Shown: piece after piece, positions 43,930-47,533 of the stretch | How positions within the stretch are numbered: the stretch's first letter is position 1 | Layout of the letters: each line of letters opens with the position of its first letter | From: a virus | IMG/VR virus record: IMGVR_UViG_2574179724_000001 | Length of the DNA: 47,533 nucleotides | Direction: 5' to 3' (one strand) | Translations under genes and position numbers: made by a program | The notes under the pieces: model-generated | The model's database searches: none | What the model was told of the DNA's origin: nothing | What the model saw: the letters and a program-made list of their open reading frames with translations, nothing else

Positions 43930-45162
43930 TTGAAAAAGAAAGTCTTACTTGGAGTGCTGGCGTTTGCCAGTGCTTTTTGTTTTGTAGTCAGTGTAAGTGC
44001 TGACCGTGATCAAGGCGTGGATTTGTCAAAGTATCAAGGCTCAACGGCTGTATTTGGCCAAGCTAGTGACAAGTTTGCCATCTGCCAGATCGGTGGCTAC
44101 TATGATGGTATATTTTACCCACAATCAACTTATCAATCACAAGTAGCGTCAACGATTGCGCAAGGCAAACGGGCACATACTTACATTTTTAGTGAGTTCA
44201 GTACCCGAGCACAAGCGGATCAGATGCTAGATTACTACTTGCCAAAAGTGCAGACACCTAAAAATTCGATTGTTGCTTTAGATGTAGAATCTGGTACGCC
44301 TAACACTGATGCTGTTATGTATGCCTTAGTTAAAGTCAAGCAAGCTGGATATACTCCAGTTTTATACGGTTATCTTAATTTCTTAAAAGCACATTTAGAT
44401 TTATCTACGATTGCAGACAGTTATCCTCTGTGGTTAGCAGAATATCCAGACTATCAGGTACGCACTACGCCAGACTATAATTATTTTCCGAGCTATAAAA
44501 ATATTCATATGTTTCAGTTTACCAGCACATACAAAGCTGGTGGATTGGACGGAAATGTGGACTTGCTAGGAATTACTAAAAACGGCTATAATGGAACAAC
44601 TACCAATAGTGTGGGAGCCACAACCGTTAAGACTACAACTACCACGGCTGCAATCAAGCAAGGCCAGACAGCTAATGCTACATCTAAAAGTGATATTGCT
44701 GTCGGGTACACGGTTAAGGTTAATTTTTCTGCATCTAAATGGTCAAATGATTCAAATATTCCAAGCTGGGTAAAAGGTAAGAGTTATAAAGCTCAGCAAG
44801 TTTCAGGTAGTAAAGTTTTACTTGCTGGCATTTTAAGCTGGATTGATAAATCTAATGTTGAGATTTTACAAACGGCTAGGCAAGCAACTTCAACCAGCAC
44901 TAGCTCATCTAGTTTGCCAAGTGGAGTACACGCGCAAAGCGGTACTTTCACACCTAACCAGAGTCTGATGGTATGGCATGGTGCAGGGTATAATGCAACA
45001 TATCAATATTACTATCGTGGTGAAAGCATCAAGTACGTTGGGTATATCGACAACTGGAATGCAGGGTACAGATATATCGTGTACAAGGGTGCATCTGGCA
45101 TCTGGTGCTACGTTGCCGACAGACATTTAAGCCCTAATTACATGCTAGGATATGCTAAATAA
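43930..45162 (+). CDS. Endolysin: Sec signal peptide, GH25 muramidase, two SH3b-like wall-binding repeats
   Basis: MKKKVLLGVLAFASAFCFVVSVSA signal-like N-terminus. The GVDLSKYQG start of the GH25 domain. Thr-rich linker. C-terminal SH3-like repeats. TTG start after AAGGGGG. Confidence 0.85.
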   Translation: MKKKVLLGVLAFASAFCFVVSVSADRDQGVDLSKYQGSTAVFGQASDKFAICQIGGYYDGIFYPQSTYQSQVASTIAQGKRAHTYIFSEFSTRAQADQMLDYYLPKVQTPKNSIVALDVESGTPNTDAVMYALVKVKQAGYTPVLYGYLNFLKAHLDLSTIADSYPLWLAEYPDYQVRTTPDYNYFPSYKNIHMFQFTSTYKAGGLDGNVDLLGITKNGYNGTTTNSVGATTVKTTTTTAAIKQGQTANATSKSDIAVGYTVKVNFSASKWSNDSNIPSWVKGKSYKAQQVSGSKVLLAGILSWIDKSNVEILQTARQATSTSTSSSSLPSGVHAQSGTFTPNQSLMVWHGAGYNATYQYYYRGESIKYVGYIDNWNAGYRYIVYKGASGIWCYVADRHLSPNYMLGYAK

Positions 45163-45167
45163 AAATC

Positions 45168-45181
45168 GGGGCTTTTGCCCC
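45168..45181. terminator. GC hairpin after the endolysin gene
   Basis: GGGGC-TTTT-GCCCC. The T-run (GATTTTTATTT) lies on the minus-strand side and an A-run on the plus side. It may act bidirectionally. Confidence 0.45.
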
Positions 45182-45272
45182 ATACATAATAAAATTATTG
45201 TGATATTATATACTTAATGACATATAATAATAGAAATAATAAGCTTTCATTTTTTGAAAATGATGTGTTCTG

Positions 45273-45300
45273 TTGACATTTAAATTATATATTGTATATT
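45273..45300 (+). promoter_or_regulatory. Sigma70-type promoter driving the structured RNA
   Basis: TTGACA (45273-78), 16 nt, TATATT (45295-300). Confidence 0.6.
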
Positions 45301-45306
45301 AAGTAT

Positions 45307-45500
45307 AGGGTTGTGGTAATTCGGAATGTACTCGCGCAAAGGCTATGAGAATAGCTAACCGTCGTAAGCTGCCTGCATGGTAGTCGAGCTTCCGTTGAAC
45401 CCTTAATACATATCTCAAGTCTATCGCGTAATTTATTATGTGATAGACTATTTTTGTATATTAAAAGCCTATCTCTTAATTGAGGTAGGTTTATTTTTTT
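45307..45500 (+). ncRNA. Candidate structured non-coding RNA of about 195 nt (family not recognised)
   Basis: GC-rich block 45308-45402 (49/95 G+C by hand count) in AT-rich ORF-free DNA. Nested helices P1-P3 plus two hairpins (one with a GAGA loop). Ends in tandem terminator hairpins. Confidence 0.5.
45465..45500 (+). terminator. Rho-independent terminator (twin A)
   Basis: AAGCCTATCTC-TTAATT-GAGGTAGGTTT followed by ATTTTTTT. 11-bp stem including G-T wobbles. Confidence 0.8.
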
Positions 45501-45507
45501 GAAATGG

Positions 45508-45535
45508 TTGATTTAAATTATTATATTTGTATAAT
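45508..45535 (+). promoter_or_regulatory. Sigma70-type promoter of the two-gene cargo operon
   Basis: TTGATT (45508-13), 16 nt, TATAAT (45530-35). Confidence 0.6.
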
Positions 45536-45662
45536 GTATGAAAAAGGATTGTTACCTATGGCTTTAATAATTGTCTACATATAGAATTACCGTATTTTTT
45601 TTACTATATATAGTATTTGTAAGATTATATAAAACCAAGATCTTTATGAATCGAGTGATATT

Positions 45663-46106
45663 GTGCATTATTTTAATGAGAAATATTTTCCTTCAAAAAA
45701 GCAACTGTGTTGCCCTCCTGAAGATAGTCATAGTTTTAATGGAACTCTGTATAGATTCACTCAAAGTTCACCCATTTCGACTATGAAAGATTGGGAAGCA
45801 TATGTGACTAATGAAATAAAGAGAAAGCGTTGGGTTGATAGCTGTGATTACAGCACTCTTTGCAAAAGTTCAGGAGTCTCGTGTTATCAGACTGAGGCCG
45901 AAGCTAAAAATGCATTCGAAGCAATGAAAAAACGTTCACCTGCATTCAGAAAAAAATTCAATGGAATTTTTTCCGTGGATATTAGTCCTGTGGATGGAGT
46001 TCTAGCGGAAACATCCAATCCAAAGAATACCTATAGGCACTTTACTTTTTGGATAAACAACAAATCGAAGATTACTACCAATAATTATACCTGCATCAAA
46101 GAATGA
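45663..46106 (+). CDS. Cys-rich protein of unknown function (cargo gene 1)
   Basis: 147-aa ORF. GTG start with a weak GAGTGA RBS (start uncertain). CCPPEDSHSFNGTLYRF, CDYSTLCKSSGVSC and a C-terminal YRHFTFW. AT-rich. Confidence 0.65.
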   Translation: MHYFNEKYFPSKKQLCCPPEDSHSFNGTLYRFTQSSPISTMKDWEAYVTNEIKRKRWVDSCDYSTLCKSSGVSCYQTEAEAKNAFEAMKKRSPAFRKKFNGIFSVDISPVDGVLAETSNPKNTYRHFTFWINNKSKITTNNYTCIKE

Positions 46107-46116
46107 GGAAATAAAA

Positions 46117-47265
46117 ATGAATAAGTTAAGTAACTCTCCAATAAAAAAATTTAAAATTTATCATGTCTATGATTATTATGATGAACCTATACTTTATTCT
46201 TTTTTAAATGAAACAGGAGCATTATTTTTGGCTAACTTTGTAGATTATGATGAAGATAGCACTGAAACATGGTTGTATTTACCAGTATCTTTTCAAGAAC
46301 TTAAAAAAGTTGAATCTGGCGAATGTTCTTTGAGAACACTTATTTTGAGTGGTGAATCTTCTTTTGCTTATATTGAGAAACAAAAAGATGAAATTTCTAA
46401 CTTTTTTATTGAATCTACTAGCAATATAGATTCAAGTTATTTACCTGAAGAAAATGTATATATTGAATATCAGACAGATCAACTTATTGAAAGTAATTCT
46501 ACTGATAATAAAATTACGCCCGATAATAGGTACGCAATTGATATTTCATTCACCTCAGATAAAAATCAGTATGAGATGTCTGCTTCTCTTTTATCTGGAG
46601 TCCTAGTTAACTTACAAAGAATAATGACCGCACTTACTTTGGACAAAAAAGCAAAGCGTATATACAAGATTCATAATGAATTAAATATTGTTGGAACATT
46701 TGCAGGTTCATTTGGAATTAGATTACTATCTGATAAAGTATCTTCACTATTAAATGAAAATGAGTCAGAACCTTATAGAAAGATAGTGAGTCTATTTAAA
46801 ATGACTAACCAAAAGGAAATAGACGTAGAAAAGATAGTTAAGGACTATGGTTGGTTAACGTTAAAACATTTTTTAAGTTTATCTAAAAATCTTTTAGATT
46901 TAAAAGGAGGGAAAATTGAATCAGGTATTCCCCTACCGGGTGCGGGAGTGGAAAGAATTAATACTACTTTTGAATCAAATAAAGTAAATAATTTTATGAG
47001 TTTGTTAAGTAAATCAGCTGTTAAAGTAAGCAGAGAAACGGAGACTTTACAAGGGACTCTCACTAAATATGATTTTGTAAAACATCAATTTTCATTTACA
47101 TCGGATAAAGATAAGGCATTTAATGGTATTGTTAAAACAGAAAAAAGTACCTACACTATACCAGCAGTTGGAAAAGCAGTACTTTCTGTGGAGATAACTG
47201 AGGATAGATTAAATGAAACCACTCAAAAAAAAATAAGCTTAGTATCTTGGACCCCTCAAAAATAG
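46117..47265 (+). CDS. Protein of unknown function (cargo gene 2)
   Basis: 382-aa ORF 10 nt after gene 1. GAGGAAA RBS. N-terminal YDYYDEPILYSF...TWLYLPVSFQELKKVESGECSL domain. The remainder is unassignable. Confidence 0.8.
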   Translation: MNKLSNSPIKKFKIYHVYDYYDEPILYSFLNETGALFLANFVDYDEDSTETWLYLPVSFQELKKVESGECSLRTLILSGESSFAYIEKQKDEISNFFIESTSNIDSSYLPEENVYIEYQTDQLIESNSTDNKITPDNRYAIDISFTSDKNQYEMSASLLSGVLVNLQRIMTALTLDKKAKRIYKIHNELNIVGTFAGSFGIRLLSDKVSSLLNENESEPYRKIVSLFKMTNQKEIDVEKIVKDYGWLTLKHFLSLSKNLLDLKGGKIESGIPLPGAGVERINTTFESNKVNNFMSLLSKSAVKVSRETETLQGTLTKYDFVKHQFSFTSDKDKAFNGIVKTEKSTYTIPAVGKAVLSVEITEDRLNETTQKKISLVSWTPQK

Positions 47266-47314
47266 AATTATGCCCGATATAGTATAAGATGTTTAATCCT
47301 ATTTTGAAACATTA

Positions 47315-47350
47315 AAGCCTCACTCTTAATTGAGTGGGGCTTATTTTTTT
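47315..47350 (+). terminator. Rho-independent terminator (twin B)
   Basis: AAGCCTCACTC-TTAATT-GAGTGGGGCTT followed by ATTTTTTT. Same loop, tail and stem ends as 45465-45500. Confidence 0.8.
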
Positions 47351-47438
47351 ACGCGCATTCTACTGTGATTTCAGATTTTAGACGTGTAGTTGTACGTTGG
47401 TTTGCAAAATAGAACGCATAAAAATAAGCCAGCTAGGC

Positions 47439-47533
47439 TGACTTAATCTGTTGTCCTGTTGTTGTCCTCGATGCGGCTTTCTACCTATATTATAGGCATC
47501 TATAACCCCGATCACCGGTATTTTTATTAATAT
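47439..47533. repeat. Terminal direct repeat, right copy (attR candidate or circular-assembly overlap)
   Basis: Identical to 1-95. Ends at the window edge. Confidence 0.9.

Larger units (their letters stand above)
1..47533 (+). mobile_element. Complete temperate siphovirus-type (pro)phage genome
   Basis: Integrase, cI/cro switch, replication, terminase, portal, capsid, tape measure, holin and lysin lie in canonical order between identical terminal repeats. Confidence 0.9.

Noticed and set aside
45331-45388. c-di-GMP-I (GEMM-I) riboswitch: CGCAAAGG junction, a GNRA hairpin and a second hairpin with GUAAG/CAUGG resembling a tetraloop receptor
   Set aside because: Only one of the two GCAAA-type junction elements is present. 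The receptor-like strands cannot be paired in the canonical CCUAAG/UAUGG geometry because of a 4-nt insertion. This is not enough to call a known riboswitch.
45163-45570. GOLLD/ROOL-type giant ornate RNAs known from Lactobacillales prophages
   Set aside because: The ORF-free interval is only about 400-500 nt and the structured GC-rich core is about 95 nt. This is far smaller than those RNAs (about 600-800 nt).
45571-45786. 71-aa ORF overlapping the start of cargo gene 1
   Set aside because: The product is hydrophobic and low-complexity, with no RBS. It overlaps the longer 147-aa frame that continues into an operon. The start of the 147-aa gene itself (GTG 45663) remains uncertain.

Overview
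The window is a complete temperate siphovirus-type phage or prophage genome, with codon usage and RBS style typical of Lactobacillaceae. It is bounded by an identical direct repeat of at least 95 bp (1-95 = 47439-47533). This is either attL/attR or the overlap of a circular assembly. Gene order is classical. A leftward lysogeny module runs from 145 to 3752: integrase, two membrane cargo genes and a cI-type repressor. A divergent genetic switch follows, with three TACG-N7-CGTA operators. The rightward early and replication genes are cro, a Bro-type antirepressor, an SMC-like ATPase, a Sak4-like ATPase, DUF669, an SF2 helicase, a primase-helicase, RusA, a small methyltransferase, YopX and an ArpU-type late regulator. 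Next come a leftward three-gene island (17820-19320) and a self-contained membrane moron (19591-20079). The late genes are terminase S/L, portal, Prp protease, minor head protein, a DUF2829 (Tad2-like) protein, scaffold, capsid, connectors, major tail protein, G/GT chaperones with a -1 slippery site, a tape measure of about 2030 aa, a 1413-aa fibre, XhlA, holin and a signal-peptide GH25 endolysin. The best candidate for an undescribed system is the AT-rich island between the endolysin and the right repeat (45163-47438). It has a promoter-driven GC-rich structured RNA of about 195 nt, then a separately promoted operon of two unassignable proteins (147 aa and 382 aa), bracketed by twin terminators. 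Secondary candidates are a membrane-anchored coiled-coil Mrr-nuclease next to the integrase, a VapD/Cas2-like protein island at 5091-6096, and the leftward AP2/acidic-protein island. All calls rest on reading the sequence and remembered family motifs. No searches were run.
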